Positions 13,025 through 24,039 of a DNA stretch of 64,000 bases are shown here, one piece after another (within the stretch, counting starts at the first letter, position 1; each line of letters starts with the position of its first letter). Source of the stretch: Gammaproteobacteria bacterium (GTDB lineage: Bacteria; Pseudomonadota; Gammaproteobacteria; JACKNK01). A program made the position numbers and the translations under genes. The notes beneath the pieces were generated by a model. That model was not told the DNA's origin, searched no databases, and saw only the letters and a program-made list of their open reading frames with translations. Location of the stretch: contig JBMYTL010000002.1 of NCBI GenBank assembly GCA_049604295.1, forward strand, positions 4,659-68,658, given 5' to 3'.

Positions 13025-15115
13025 TTACTTGGCGGCTTCCTTGCGCGCCTTTGCTTCCTTGATGACCTCGTCGGCCACGTTCTTGGGACAGGGGTCGTAA
13101 TGGCTGAACTCCATGGAGAACTGGCCACGACCGGAGGTCATGGTGCGCAGGTCACCGATGTAGCCGAACATCTCGGCCAGCGGAGCCTTGGCCTTGACGC
13201 GGGTGCCGGTGGGACCGGATTCCTGACCCTCGATCATGCCGCGGCGGCGGTTGAGGTCGCCGATCACGTCGCCCACGTGCTCTTCGGGGGTGAACACGTC
13301 CACCTTCATGATGGGCTCCATGATCTGGGGGCTGGCCTTGGGCATGGACTGACGGTAGGCAGCCTTGGCGGCGATCTCATAGGCGATGGCCGAAGAGTCC
13401 ACAGGGTGGAAGCCACCATCAAGCAGGGTGAACTTGACGTCCAGGCAGGGGAAGCCGGCCAGCGGACCTTCGTCCATGGAGACCTTGAAGCCTTTTTCGA
13501 CGGCAGGCCAGAACTCACGCGGGACGTTACCGCCGGTGACCTTGGACTCGAACTCGAAACCAACGCCGGTCTCGGCGGGCTCGATGGAGTAGTCGATCTT
13601 GGCGAACTGACCGGAACCACCGGTCTGCTTCTTGTGGGTGTAGCTGTCGTCGATGGAGCCGGTAATGGATTCGCGGTAGGCCACCTGGGGCTTGCCGACG
13701 GTGACTTCCACGCCGTGAGTACGCTTGAGGATGTCCACCTTGATGTCGAGGTGAAGCTCGCCCATACCCTTGATGATGGTCTCGCCGGATTCCTCGTCGG
13801 TCTCGACGCGGAAGGAGGGATCTTCCTGAACCATCTTGGAGATGGCGATGCCCATCTTCTCGGCGGCGCCTTTGTCTTTCGGAGCGATGGCGATGGAGAT
13901 CACCGGCTCGGGGAAGACCATGGGCTCCAGGGTGGCCGGGTTCTTGGGGTCGCAGAGGGTGTGACCGGTCTGGGTATTCTTCATGCCGATCAGGGCGACG
14001 ATGTCCCCGGCCTGGGCGGAGTCCAGCTCGATACGCTCGTCGGCGTGCATCTCGACGATGCGGCCCACGCGCTCGGTCTTGCCGGTGAAGGTGTTGAGGA
14101 TGGTGTCGCCCTTCTTGAGGGTGCCGGAGTAGATGCGGGTGAAGGTCAGGGCGCCGAAACGGTCGTCCATGATCTTGAACGCCAGGGCACGCAGGGGCTT
14201 GGCGGGGTCGACGATGGCCTTGCCACCGGTCTCGTTGCCTTCCAGGTCCACCTCGGGCTGGGGCTCAACCTCGGTGGGGCTGGGCAGGTAATCCACCACG
14301 GCGTCCAGCACCAGCTGGATACCCTTGTTCTTGAAAGCGGAGCCGCAATAGGTGGGGAAGAAGTCCAGGGCGATGGTGCCCTTGCGGATGCAGCGCTTGA
14401 TGTCGTCCATGGACGGCTCGGTGCCTTCCTCCAGGTACTCCATCAGCAGCTCGTCGTCCTGCTCCAGGGCGGTTTCGATGAGCTTCTCGCGCCATTCCTC
14501 GACGGCATCGGCCATGTCGGCCGGGGGCTCTTCGATGGTGTAGTTCATGGGGTCGCCGGAATCGTCCCACACCCAGGCCTTGCGGGTGAGCAGGTCAACC
14601 ACGCCGGTGAAGGCGTCTTCCTCGCCGATGGGCAGAACCATGACCAGGGGGTTGGCGGCCAGCACGTTTTCGACCTGACTGACCACGCGGTAGAAGTCGG
14701 CGCCCAGGCGGTCGAGTTTGTTCACGAAGATCACACGGGCGACTTCGGACTCGTTGGCATAGCGCCAGTTGGTCTCGGACTGGGGCTCAACGCCACCGGA
14801 GCCGCAGAACACGCCCACGCCGCCGTCCAACACCTTGAGAGAGCGGTAGACCTCGATGGTGAAGTCCACGTGTCCGGGGGTGTCGATGATGTTCAGGCGA
14901 TGATCGGCCCAGAACGCGGAGGTGGCGGCGGACTGAATGGTGATACCGCGCTCGGCCTCCTGCTCCATGAAGTCGGTGGTGGCGGCGCCGTCGTGCACCT
15001 CACCGATCTTGTGGATCTTGCCGGTGAGCTTGAGGATGCGCTCGGTGGTCGTCGTCTTGCCGGCGTCCACATGGGCGAAGATGCCGATATTCCGGTATTT
15101 GGAGAGGTCAGTCAT
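13025..15115 (-). CDS. fusA: elongation factor G, stand-alone paralog (EF-G2-type)
   Basis: The N-terminus [28 protein letters not shown] and the full 696-aa length are EF-G-like. It is not next to rpsL/rpsG/tuf. Confidence 0.93.
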   Translation of the reverse strand: MTDLSKYRNIGIFAHVDAGKTTTTERILKLTGKIHKIGEVHDGAATTDFMEQEAERGITIQSAATSAFWADHRLNIIDTPGHVDFTIEVYRSLKVLDGGVGVFCGSGGVEPQSETNWRYANESEVARVIFVNKLDRLGADFYRVVSQVENVLAANPLVMVLPIGEEDAFTGVVDLLTRKAWVWDDSGDPMNYTIEEPPADMADAVEEWREKLIETALEQDDELLMEYLEEGTEPSMDDIKRCIRKGTIALDFFPTYCGSAFKNKGIQLVLDAVVDYLPSPTEVEPQPEVDLEGNETGGKAIVDPAKPLRALAFKIMDDRFGALTFTRIYSGTLKKGDTILNTFTGKTERVGRIVEMHADERIELDSAQAGDIVALIGMKNTQTGHTLCDPKNPATLEPMVFPEPVISIAIAPKDKGAAEKMGIAISKMVQEDPSFRVETDEESGETIIKGMGELHLDIKVDILKRTHGVEVTVGKPQVAYRESITGSIDDSYTHKKQTGGSGQFAKIDYSIEPAETGVGFEFESKVTGGNVPREFWPAVEKGFKVSMDEGPLAGFPCLDVKFTLLDGGFHPVDSSAIAYEIAAKAAYRQSMPKASPQIMEPIMKVDVFTPEEHVGDVIGDLNRRRGMIEGQESGPTGTRVKAKAPLAEMFGYIGDLRTMTSGRGQFSMEFSHYDPCPKNVADEVIKEAKARKEAAK

Positions 15116-15396
15116 GGCTTAACGGGGTCGGTTGGGGTTGCGCGTTCCGGCCGGGTCTGGATGCCTGGATCCGGTAAGCCGGGGCGCTGTTTGCGCCTGC
15201 CAGCCCTATTTCGAGGACTCCCCGGATGGTCCGGGGCGTGAAAAAGCGCGGCATTATAGGGGTAAGCGGTGAAATGCCGAAGCACTTTTCGCCGCTATTT
15301 CGCAATCCTCACCCGTGTGGGCTCAGAGGCACGGGCCAGGGGCAGCGGAGGTCGCGCTAACGGGTGCAGGCCGCGCCTCACACCCTTCAAAGGACG

Positions 15397-16857
15397 TCAA
15401 TCCACGCGGTAGTTGGGCGCTTCCTTGGTGATCTGAACGTCGTGGACGTGGGATTCGCGCATGCCTGCGCCGGAGATGCGCACGAATTCCGGCTTGGTGC
15501 GCATGGTCTCGATATCCGGTGCACCCACGTAGCCCATGGAGGAGCGGATGCCGCCCAGGATCTGGTAGATGATGGAGGCGAGGGGGCCCTTGTAGGGGAC
15601 GCGGCCTTCGATGCCCTCGGGGACGAGTTTTTCCGCGTCCTTTGTGTCGCCCTGGAAATAGCGATCCTTGGAGCCTTTCTGCATGGCACTGATGGAACCC
15701 ATGCCGCGATAGGACTTGTAGGACCGGCCCTGGTACAGCTCAACTTCGCCCGGTGCTTCCTCGGTTCCGGCGAACAGACTGCCCATCATGATGGAGTGCG
15801 CGCCGGCGACCAATGCCTTGGCGGCGTCGCCCGAGTAGCGGACCCCGCCGTCCGCGATCAGCGGAACGCCGGTACCTTCGAGGGCCGCGGCGACATTGGA
15901 GACGGCGGATATCTGCGGCACCCCGACACCGGCGACGATGCGGGTGGTACAGATCGAGCCCGGGCCGATGCCCACTTTGACCGCATCCGCGCCGGCGGCT
16001 ACCAGATCCTTCGCCGCGGCCCCGGTGGCGATATTGCCGCCGATGACCTGGATGTTGTCGAAATGGCCCTTGATCCACTCGACGCGCTTGAGCACCCCGG
16101 AGGAATGACCGTGGGCGGTGTCCACCACGATGACGTCCACGCCGGCATCGATGAGTGCCTCCACGCGGGCCTCCGTGTCGCCGCCCGTGCCAACGGCGGC
16201 TCCGCAGCGCAAACGGCCCTGATCGTCCTTGCACGCGTTGGGAAAGTCCGTGGCCTTCTGAATGTCCTTCACCGTGATCATTCCGCGCAGTTCGTGGTCT
16301 TCGTTGACGACCAGGACCTTTTCGATGCGGTGCTTGTGCAAAAGGGCCCGCACCTCGTCCTTGGAAGCGCCCTCCCGGACGGTGACCAGGTTTTCCTTGC
16401 GGGTCATGATATTGCGGACGGGGTCACCCAGTTTGTTCTCGAAACGCATGTCGCGGCTGGTGACGATGCCGACCAGGTCACGCCCCTCCACCACGGGAAC
16501 GCCCGAGATGTTGTGGGCGCGCGTGATATCAAGGACCTCGCGGATGGTCGTGTAGGGCGTGACGGTGACCGGTTCGCTGATCACGCCACTCTCATATTTC
16601 TTGACCAGGCGCACCTGGGCGGCCTGCTGCTCCGGGGTCAGGTTCTTATGGATGATGCCGATGCCCCCTTCCTGGGCCATGGCGATCGCCAGCCGCCCTT
16701 CCGTGACGGTATCCATGGCGGCGGAAATGAGCGGGATGTTCAAGGTGATGTCCCGGGTAAGCTTGGTGTTCAGCTGGACATCATTGGGCAGCACATCGGA
16801 GCGGGCGGGAACGAGGAGGACATCGTCGAATGTCAGAGCTTCCTGGGAGATACGCAT
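15397..16857 (-). CDS. guaB: IMP dehydrogenase
   Basis: 486 aa with a CBS-pair insertion and the catalytic loop [11 protein letters not shown]. Confidence 0.97.
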   Translation of the reverse strand: MRISQEALTFDDVLLVPARSDVLPNDVQLNTKLTRDITLNIPLISAAMDTVTEGRLAIAMAQEGGIGIIHKNLTPEQQAAQVRLVKKYESGVISEPVTVTPYTTIREVLDITRAHNISGVPVVEGRDLVGIVTSRDMRFENKLGDPVRNIMTRKENLVTVREGASKDEVRALLHKHRIEKVLVVNEDHELRGMITVKDIQKATDFPNACKDDQGRLRCGAAVGTGGDTEARVEALIDAGVDVIVVDTAHGHSSGVLKRVEWIKGHFDNIQVIGGNIATGAAAKDLVAAGADAVKVGIGPGSICTTRIVAGVGVPQISAVSNVAAALEGTGVPLIADGGVRYSGDAAKALVAGAHSIMMGSLFAGTEEAPGEVELYQGRSYKSYRGMGSISAMQKGSKDRYFQGDTKDAEKLVPEGIEGRVPYKGPLASIIYQILGGIRSSMGYVGAPDIETMRTKPEFVRISGAGMRESHVHDVQITKEAPNYRVD

Positions 16858-17050
16858 GGGGGGATGTCACCTGGGTGTGCCAAAAGGGAAGTATACGGGA
16901 GGAGGGGGGCCCGGAGGAATCCATGCGTCACCATGGTGCGTTGGGTTGGTTTCCCCCCATATGGTGGTTTCCGGTGCGCGGTCACCCCATATATGGCGTT
17001 GCATTGGCGGGGCGATGTCCCCCCTGTCCGGTGCCGTATGATGCGCGCCC

Positions 17051-18550
17051 ATGTCGACTCCGCTTCCTCCCTCATCGCCCGGGCAATCGCCTCCCGCATC
17101 CGCCGGACGTGATGGACGGGGGCGCGATATCTGGCCGGTGTCACGGCTGGTGCGCGAGGCGCGGGCGGTGGTTGAGGGCGCCTTTCCGCTGCTCTGGGTG
17201 GAGGGCGAGCTCTCCAACCTGTCGCGACCGCGATCGGGCCATTGGTATTTCACGCTCAAGGACCCTGCGGCCCAGGTTCGTTGCGCCATGTTCCGCAATC
17301 GGAACATGACCCTGCGGATGGTCCCGCGCGAGGGTATGCAGGTGCTGCTGCGGGTCCGGGTGAGCCTGTACGAGGCACGGGGTGACTTCCAACTCATCGC
17401 GGAGGACATGGAAGAGGCGGGTGATGGTGCCTTGCGACGGCGATTCGAGGAATTGAAGGCCAAGCTCGCGGCGGAGGGCCTGTTCGACGCGGGACGGAAG
17501 CGCACGCTTCCCCCGATACCCCGATGCGTCGGGGTGATGACATCGGTCAGCGGCGCCGCCATTCATGACGTGTTGAATGTCCTGGGACGACGTTTCCCCG
17601 CGGTTCCCGTGGTCGTCTACCCCGTGCCGGTGCAGGGAAACGATTCACCACGCCGGATGACGCGCATGCTGGATGTCATCGAACAGCGTGCGGAGGTTTC
17701 GGTTCTGCTTGTTGTGCGCGGTGGTGGGTCTCTTGAGGATCTGGCCGCTTTCAATGACGAAACCCTCGCGCGGCGGATCGCTGCCTTGTCCATTCCGGTG
17801 GTCAGCGGTGTGGGCCACGAGGTGGATTTCACCATTGCCGATTTCGTTGCGGACCTGCGTGCGCCCACGCCGTCCGCGGCGGCTGAGGCCGTGGTGCCGG
17901 ACCGGGTTGAGTTGATCAATCGTTATCAGGCACTGGTTCGACGTCTCGGCTTTCAGGCGCGACAACGGGTGGCACGGGGTGGGGAACGTTGGCTGAGGGC
18001 CGCGGCCCGTTTGCGCCGGGTTCACCCGATGCGGCGTATCGAGGCCCGTGCGCAGCGTCTCGATGAGCTGGAACGCCGCCTTCTGCGGATGCAGGTGCGC
18101 ACGTTCGACCTTATGGAACAGCGCCTGCGCGCAGTGTCCGCCCGCCTGTTGCGCCAGCACCCGGGCAGGCGTCTGGTGCAACGTCATGAGCGGGTTCGCG
18201 CGTTGTCCCGGCGCCTTGCCCGTTCGGGGCCCGCCCGGGACCTTCCCGCGCTTGGTTCGCTGGTCGCGGAGCGTCATCGGCGGCTGCGGCGGGTGGCTGT
18301 CGCCTTGCTGGGCGCGCGGCGGAATCACTTCTATGCCATCGCGCAGCACCTGGATGCGGTCAGCCCCCTGGCCGTCCTGGGCAGGGGGTACGCGATCATC
18401 AGCCGCGATGATGGTTCGGTGGTCGAAAGGGCTGCCGACCTGACAGCGGGTGATCGGGTCACTGCCCGCCTGCGTGAGGGTGAGGCGCGATTGTGCGTGG
18501 AGGATACCCGCGTTGGCCCCTCCGACCTGGGGAAAGCCGATGAAAAATAG
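17051..18550 (+). CDS. xseA: exodeoxyribonuclease VII large subunit
   Basis: OB-fold N-terminus (VEGELSNLSRPRSGHWYFTLKD) and a catalytic region (RGGGSLEDL). It is divergent from guaB, as in E. coli. A Pro/Ser-rich N-terminal extension of about 25 aa leaves the start uncertain. Confidence 0.88.
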   Translation: MSTPLPPSSPGQSPPASAGRDGRGRDIWPVSRLVREARAVVEGAFPLLWVEGELSNLSRPRSGHWYFTLKDPAAQVRCAMFRNRNMTLRMVPREGMQVLLRVRVSLYEARGDFQLIAEDMEEAGDGALRRRFEELKAKLAAEGLFDAGRKRTLPPIPRCVGVMTSVSGAAIHDVLNVLGRRFPAVPVVVYPVPVQGNDSPRRMTRMLDVIEQRAEVSVLLVVRGGGSLEDLAAFNDETLARRIAALSIPVVSGVGHEVDFTIADFVADLRAPTPSAAAEAVVPDRVELINRYQALVRRLGFQARQRVARGGERWLRAAARLRRVHPMRRIEARAQRLDELERRLLRMQVRTFDLMEQRLRAVSARLLRQHPGRRLVQRHERVRALSRRLARSGPARDLPALGSLVAERHRRLRRVAVALLGARRNHFYAIAQHLDAVSPLAVLGRGYAIISRDDGSVVERAADLTAGDRVTARLREGEARLCVEDTRVGPSDLGKADEK

Positions 18551-18612
18551 CCGCCATCACCCTATGATCGTGACCTCTTCAAGCTTGGGAGCCGCTCCCC
18601 TGGGAAGCCCGG

Positions 18613-19113
18613 ATGTCAGACGAACCCCGTAAGTTCACGGTCCACCTGGAGCAGCAGGAGGATTTTTCGTTCAATGTCAGCTTCGATCTGGACGCCATTC
18701 CCGACCTGGAGGTGGATGAACCGCCCCCGCTTGGTGAGGCCGCCGGGCCCAATCCGGCGCGATTGGTAGGGGTGGCTGCCGCTCACTGTCTGAGTGCCAG
18801 CCTGCTGTTCTGCCTGCAGCGCTCGCGCAACGAACCCGAGAATGTTTCAGCCACCGTGATCGGCACCATCACCCGCAATGACAAGGGACGCCTGCGCCTC
18901 AGCGCGCTGGAGGTTGAACTGGAGCTGGAAGGAGTGGATACCGATAACAACCGGGTCCGCCGTTGTCTTGGCATGTTCGAGGATTTCTGTGTGGTCACCG
19001 AGGCCATCCGCAATGGCATACCCATCGACGTGAAGGTTGTGGACCAGGAGGGTGCGGTACTCATGAACAGCCAGGAGAACGGGGACGGTGCTTCAGCACC
19101 GGACAACGGCTGA
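18613..19113 (+). CDS. OsmC/Ohr family protein
   Basis: 166 aa with two conserved Cys contexts (AAAHCLSASL, FEDFCVVTEA) typical of OsmC-like peroxiredoxins. Confidence 0.78.
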   Translation: MSDEPRKFTVHLEQQEDFSFNVSFDLDAIPDLEVDEPPPLGEAAGPNPARLVGVAAAHCLSASLLFCLQRSRNEPENVSATVIGTITRNDKGRLRLSALEVELELEGVDTDNNRVRRCLGMFEDFCVVTEAIRNGIPIDVKVVDQEGAVLMNSQENGDGASAPDNG

Positions 19114-19116
19114 GCG

Positions 19117-19791
19117 GTGTTCGAGGAACGTAAACCCCGGCGCAGGCGGCTGCTCTGGCTCGTTGTGTTTGTGGCGGTGATCGTGGTGCTCGTGCCCACG
19201 GGGCTGCGCGCGCTCGGTTCCTGGCTGGTTTTCGAGGATATTCCCGACAAGGCCGATGCCGCCGTGGTCCTGAGTGGGCCGCAATACGCGGCGCGATTGG
19301 CGCGTGCCGCTGACCTGTACACCCAGGGGGTGGTCAGCAAGGTGGTGATCAACGGCGGGCGACGGGGCAGCGATGATGATTGGGTCTATGCCAAAGGATA
19401 TCTGCCCCCTTGTCCCTGGGACATCAACACGCGGGAGATGCTCGCGGTGCTCGGGGTGCCCCAGGTCGACGTGGTGTCCGTGCACGCGCCCGATGCGTTC
19501 GATACCCGTACCGAGGCAGCGCAGGTGGCGGATGAACTGGCGCGGCGGGATTACCGCTCCGTGGTGGTGACCACCAGCGCCTACCACACCCGCCGCGCGG
19601 CGGGGATCTGGCGATCCGATCATGGTGAGGCCCTGGGGATCGGGGTGGCGGCGGCCCGCCGGGATGGCTACGACCCGGAAACGTGGTGGACATCCCCGAA
19701 GATGGTGCGCGCCGTCATGGGCGAAGTCGGCGGGTACCTCTTTCGCGCCATGGTGAGCATGAATCCCATAGACGACGCGTCCGACCGGTGA
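19117..19791 (+). CDS. DUF218 (YdcF/ElyC/SanA-like) protein
   Basis: An N-terminal transmembrane helix, then a DUF218-like core (AAVVLSGPQY..., VVINGG, VVVTTSAYHTRRA). The GTG start lies 3 nt after the OsmC stop. Confidence 0.78.
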   Translation: MFEERKPRRRRLLWLVVFVAVIVVLVPTGLRALGSWLVFEDIPDKADAAVVLSGPQYAARLARAADLYTQGVVSKVVINGGRRGSDDDWVYAKGYLPPCPWDINTREMLAVLGVPQVDVVSVHAPDAFDTRTEAAQVADELARRDYRSVVVTTSAYHTRRAAGIWRSDHGEALGIGVAAARRDGYDPETWWTSPKMVRAVMGEVGGYLFRAMVSMNPIDDASDR

Positions 19792-19834
19792 GCGCCGTGC
19801 CCGGAACGGGTCAGGCGGGTATTGGGGGGCGTTG

Positions 19835-20800
19835 ATGCTCGACGTGTTCTTTACCGTCGATACCGAAACCTGGTGTAACGGCTGGTCGGACCTGGACGCG
19901 CGGTTTCCATCGGCCTTCGGGCGGTACATCCACGGTCACACGCGCAAGGGGGATTACGGTATTCCCCTGCAGATGAAGATCCTCTCCGATCATGGTCTGA
20001 CGGGTGTGTATTTCGTCGAACCGCTGTTCGCGGCCCGCTTCGGCATTGATCCGTTGGCCGAGGTCGTCGGTTTGGTGATGGAGGCGGGGCACGAGGTACA
20101 ACTGCATCTGCACACGGAGTGGGTGGATGAGGCCCACTCCGATCGGCTACCGGAAGTCGCCGGCAAGCGGCAACACCTGCGTTTGTTTGACCTGGACGAT
20201 CAGGTCCAGCTCCTTGGTGAAGGGCGCCGCCTGCTCATGGAGGCGGGGGCACGGGCGCCGAATGCCTTCCGCGCTGGCAATTACGGGTTCAACAACGACA
20301 GCCTCAAGGCCCTCTCGCGCCTGGGCATACGTTTCGACAGCAGCTACAACCCGGCGTCGGTGGCAGGCGTGGCGGACGTTGCCCCGGGGCGCCTGTTGAC
20401 CCAGCCGGAGGAGATTGAAGGTGTCATCGAACATCCGGTGACGGTGTTCCGGGACAGGGGGCCGGGGAGCCTGCGGAACCTGCAATTCACCGCCTGCTCC
20501 TTCGCGGAGATTCGCCACGTGTTGGACAGTGCGGAACAGGCCGGTTGGCAATCCGTCGTCATTGTTTCGCACAGTTTCGAGTTGCTTGGCCGTTCGAAGA
20601 CCGCCCCGGACCCCTGGGCCGTGCGGCGCTTCGAGCGCATGTGCGCGTACCTGGGGCGACACCGGGATCGTTTCACGGTGCGCGGCTTCCGCGGCTTGGC
20701 CGATGATGTGTATGGCGACCAACCCGAGCCCTTGACCTCAAACCCCCTGCGAACCGCCGGACGCTATGCCGAGCAGGCACTGCGGCGTCTGGCGCGTTGA
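19835..20800 (+). CDS. polysaccharide deacetylase-like (CE4-related) protein
   Basis: FFTVDTE and VQLHLHTEW motifs sit where CE4-type metal ligands occur, plus FRAGNYGFN. About 321 aa; ATG at 19835 (the track ORF starts with TTG at 19832). Confidence 0.68.
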   Translation: MLDVFFTVDTETWCNGWSDLDARFPSAFGRYIHGHTRKGDYGIPLQMKILSDHGLTGVYFVEPLFAARFGIDPLAEVVGLVMEAGHEVQLHLHTEWVDEAHSDRLPEVAGKRQHLRLFDLDDQVQLLGEGRRLLMEAGARAPNAFRAGNYGFNNDSLKALSRLGIRFDSSYNPASVAGVADVAPGRLLTQPEEIEGVIEHPVTVFRDRGPGSLRNLQFTACSFAEIRHVLDSAEQAGWQSVVIVSHSFELLGRSKTAPDPWAVRRFERMCAYLGRHRDRFTVRGFRGLADDVYGDQPEPLTSNPLRTAGRYAEQALRRLAR

Positions 20801-20837
20801 TCCGACAAACCCGGTCGACACGAGGAGCAACCAAACG

Positions 20838-22700
20838 ATGAATCGCAAAGACGGGACCGTGGAGGCCGTGCTTGCGGCGCAGGATCTGTTCGAGGTACGC
20901 CGGGCACTCGCTTCAGCGCGTGTTGCTCTGACCCTGCCTCAGGCCCAGACCCTGAGTGCCCATGTCTCCGGCTTGCTCGCCGAATCCGAATCCCTGCGCA
21001 TCGGCTTCGTTCATACCTACACCAGTGACCTGCTCGATCCGTGGCTGGAGCTGGAGGCCGCCGTGCAGGGGCTGGATGTATCGATATATCACGCGCCTTA
21101 TGGCCTCAATGTCATGGAGGCGGAGGCCGGGTCCGGGCTGGAGCAGCATCGCCCGGATCTCACCGTGCTGCTGTTGCGTCGGGAGGATCTTCACCCTGAA
21201 TTGGGCGGGCCCCTGAGCCGTTTTGACGCGGAAGGCGCGAAGGTTCTGCTGGGGGATGTGATCAGCCGCCTCGGCGGCTTGTTACAGCGTTTCAGCCGAC
21301 AACAGTTCGGGGAACTGGTGGTCACCGTTCTGCCCGCCTTGCAGGGGCCGGGGCTCGGGCTTCATGACCCCATGTCGGAACGCTCCGAGACGGCTTGGTG
21401 GGCCGATTTCAACCGTGCCCTGCGCGAGGAGATCCAAGCCCGATTCAACTCCGTCCGTCTTCTCGATCTGGATGCCGTGGTTGCCCAATTGGGCCGGGAG
21501 CGGTTTTTTGATCAGCGCTTCTGGTATTCGGCCACGTTTCCGTTCTCACCCGAGGCGGCCCGGGAAGTGGCCCGCCGCCTGGTGGCCCTGGGTGCGGTGC
21601 GCAAGCACCCCAAGGCGAAGGTGATCGCCCTGGACGCGGATAACACCCTCTGGGGTGGCGTCGTGGGCGAGGACGGGCCCACGGGTATCGCTCTGGGCCC
21701 TGAGTATCCGGGCAACCTGTTCGTGGACTTCCAGAAGCGCCTTCTGGAGTACAAACAGCGTGGATTCGTCCTGGTGTTGTGCAGCAAGAACAACCCGGAG
21801 GACGTCGATCAGATTCTCAGGGAGCACCCTCACTGCGTGCTCAAGGATTCGGATTTCGCAGCCAAGCGTGTCAACTGGGTCAGCAAGCCGGAGAATCTGG
21901 CGTCCATGGCCAAGGAACTGAACCTCGGCATTGATTCGTTCATCTTCGTGGACGATAGCGACTACGAATGCGCCGCCGTGCGCCATGAACTACCCGCGGT
22001 GGAGGTTATCCAGATACCCAAGCGTGTGGTGGATGTGCCCCGTTGTCTCGAAAAGGTCGCCCGGCTCGAGGTCACCAGCCTCACCGCCGAGGATATGAGC
22101 AAGACCCAGATGTACGTGCAGGAGCGCAAGCGGCGCGAGCTTCAGAACGACATGGGCTCCGACGGCGGTGACCTGACGGAATACCTGAAGTCACTGGAAC
22201 TGCGCATGAGCGTTGGCGTGGATGACATGGCCCACGTGAAGCGTCTGGCGCAACTGACCCAGAAGACCAACCAGTTCAATCTCACCACCCGTCGTTACAC
22301 GGAGAAGGAGATCGAAGACATGATCCGCTCGCCGGACTGGCGGGTGTTGCACTTCTCGCTGGTCGATGTGTTCGGTGACAGCGGTGTGGTGGGCTTGGCC
22401 CTGGCGCGTCGCTCGGGCGCGGACATGGCCATGATCGATACCCTGCTCATGTCCTGCCGCGTAATCGGCCGCATGGCGGAAACGGCGTTCCTTTACTCCC
22501 TGTTGGATCGGCTCGCCGGGGAAGGTGTGCGCGAGGTGCGCGCCGAGTATCTGCCCACCCGGAAAAATGCCCTGGTCAAGGATTACCTCCGTGACCACGG
22601 GTTCGAGGAGGAACCCGATGGCACCTGGCGCATCGATCCCGGCGAGACATCGGGACGCTTGGATCCACCCATCGAGATCGTGCTGACCGGCCAGGTTTGA
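20838..22700 (+). CDS. FkbH-like HAD-superfamily (subfamily IIIC) protein with C-terminal GNAT-like domain
   Basis: HAD nucleophile motif VIALDADNTLWGG, LCSKNNPEDV and FVDDSDYE in the central domain. The C-terminus carries LMSCRVIGRMAETAF, a GNAT-like segment. ORF 20766..22700 is trimmed to the ATG at 20838. Confidence 0.85.
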   Translation: MNRKDGTVEAVLAAQDLFEVRRALASARVALTLPQAQTLSAHVSGLLAESESLRIGFVHTYTSDLLDPWLELEAAVQGLDVSIYHAPYGLNVMEAEAGSGLEQHRPDLTVLLLRREDLHPELGGPLSRFDAEGAKVLLGDVISRLGGLLQRFSRQQFGELVVTVLPALQGPGLGLHDPMSERSETAWWADFNRALREEIQARFNSVRLLDLDAVVAQLGRERFFDQRFWYSATFPFSPEAAREVARRLVALGAVRKHPKAKVIALDADNTLWGGVVGEDGPTGIALGPEYPGNLFVDFQKRLLEYKQRGFVLVLCSKNNPEDVDQILREHPHCVLKDSDFAAKRVNWVSKPENLASMAKELNLGIDSFIFVDDSDYECAAVRHELPAVEVIQIPKRVVDVPRCLEKVARLEVTSLTAEDMSKTQMYVQERKRRELQNDMGSDGGDLTEYLKSLELRMSVGVDDMAHVKRLAQLTQKTNQFNLTTRRYTEKEIEDMIRSPDWRVLHFSLVDVFGDSGVVGLALARRSGADMAMIDTLLMSCRVIGRMAETAFLYSLLDRLAGEGVREVRAEYLPTRKNALVKDYLRDHGFEEEPDGTWRIDPGETSGRLDPPIEIVLTGQV

Positions 22701-22796
22701 TGCGGGTTCGGGGCTTCCGTGCAGGGCAACGTGGCGCCGCGCGCACCCCGGGCCGGGCCGTGGCGGCGGGCGGTTGTCTTCGCGGGGTGATATGCC

Positions 22797-23072
22797 ATGA
22801 TTGCGCGCTCGAACCCCACCCGGAGACGCGATTCCGTGAGTCTTTTTGAGCAATTGCGCGACACCATGGCCGCCACCCTGAAGATCTCACCGGATCTGAT
22901 CAAGGAGGACTCCACGGCGGAGGACATCACGGCCTGGGATTCGCTCGGTCACGTGAACCTGATGATGGCCCTCGAGCAGACCTTCGACCTGTTCCTGGAT
23001 GTTGAGGACTTCGCCAAGCTCAATACGGTGCCCGCGATCCTGGAATGTCTGCGCGAGAACGGTGCCGGGTAA
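22797..23072 (+). CDS. acyl carrier protein (stand-alone)
   Basis: Phosphopantetheine-attachment context ITAWDSLGHVNLMMALE. The more likely start is the GTG at 22836, which has a GGAGA 9 nt upstream and gives a typical 78-aa ACP. Confidence 0.8.
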   Translation: MIARSNPTRRRDSVSLFEQLRDTMAATLKISPDLIKEDSTAEDITAWDSLGHVNLMMALEQTFDLFLDVEDFAKLNTVPAILECLRENGAG

Positions 23073-23096
23073 GCCGGCCCCTCCGGTACTGCTCTC

Positions 23097-24002
23097 ATGG
23101 GGCTGGTGGAAAAACTCTCCGCTGTGTTGCACCGGCATCTCGACGCGGAGCGCATGGAGCGGCTGCGGGCGTTGTATTTCGCGTCGCGACGGCGCTTATA
23201 CCCGGTCATGCGGGGCCTGCACGGGACCTTCAACGCCGATGATCTGGTCGATCATCTGCGTGAACGTTTCGCGGAGGATTTCGACATTCTCATGGTGCAC
23301 AGCTCCGTCAATCACATGGAGCCGACCTATACCGGGACGCCCCTGGACCTGGTCAATGCCCTCAAGACCTTCTGTGGCCCCGAGCGAACCCTGGTGATGC
23401 CGGCGTTCTATTTCGGCGATCCCGAATACCCGAGCGTTGCCGCCACGTTTGCCGCCAAGCCCCGTTTCGACCTGCGGCGCACCCCGTCCCAGATGGGCTT
23501 GGCCACGGAGCTGTTCCGTCGTACCCGGGGTGCCGTGCAGAGCCGTCATCCTGTCTACCGGGTCGCGGCCCTGGGCCCCATGGCGGAAGAACTCGTTCGC
23601 GGTCACGAGAGCGCGGGAACACCGAGCGGAACCGGTACGCCTTTCGATTTCATGGCGAAGCATCGCACCCTGATCCTGGGCGTGGGCAAGTTCTCCGATG
23701 TGCTCACCCAGGTCCATCACATCGAGGACGTGATGGGGGATGCGTTTCCGGTGCCCGCGAGCAGCGGTGAGCCGATCGACCTGACTGTCGTGGACAAGGG
23801 CGAGGATATTCCCGTGCGCATCGGTCAGCGGGGCTTTAAATGGCGGCGCGACATGGGGCGTCTCCACGACCTTATGCCGGCGGGTACCCTGCATGAATGG
23901 CGCTTCCACCATGTGCCGATGTTTTCCACCCATGCCCACGCGGTGTCCGAGTCCCTGGAATTGGCGGCGCGCGAGGGACGGACCCTCTACATTCCGCGTT
24001 GA
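23097..24002 (+). CDS. AAC(3)-family (aminoglycoside N3-acetyltransferase-like) acyltransferase
   Basis: ILMVHSSVNHM...TPLDLVNAL...TLVMPAF matches the N-terminal signature region of AAC(3)/YokD-type enzymes; 301 aa. Confidence 0.72.
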   Translation: MGLVEKLSAVLHRHLDAERMERLRALYFASRRRLYPVMRGLHGTFNADDLVDHLRERFAEDFDILMVHSSVNHMEPTYTGTPLDLVNALKTFCGPERTLVMPAFYFGDPEYPSVAATFAAKPRFDLRRTPSQMGLATELFRRTRGAVQSRHPVYRVAALGPMAEELVRGHESAGTPSGTGTPFDFMAKHRTLILGVGKFSDVLTQVHHIEDVMGDAFPVPASSGEPIDLTVVDKGEDIPVRIGQRGFKWRRDMGRLHDLMPAGTLHEWRFHHVPMFSTHAHAVSESLELAAREGRTLYIPR

Positions 24003-24039
24003 CCCGATCGGGCTCGGCACGTCACAGCGAATACCTGCC

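Noticed and set aside
13100-15241. 713-aa ORF on the plus strand
   Set aside because: It is exactly antisense to the unmistakable EF-G gene. The product is Gly/Ala/Val/His/Asp-rich low-complexity sequence typical of shadow ORFs in high-GC DNA, with no recognisable motif.
15364-17112. 582-aa plus-strand ORF
   Set aside because: It is antisense to guaB, a high-GC shadow ORF with no motifs.
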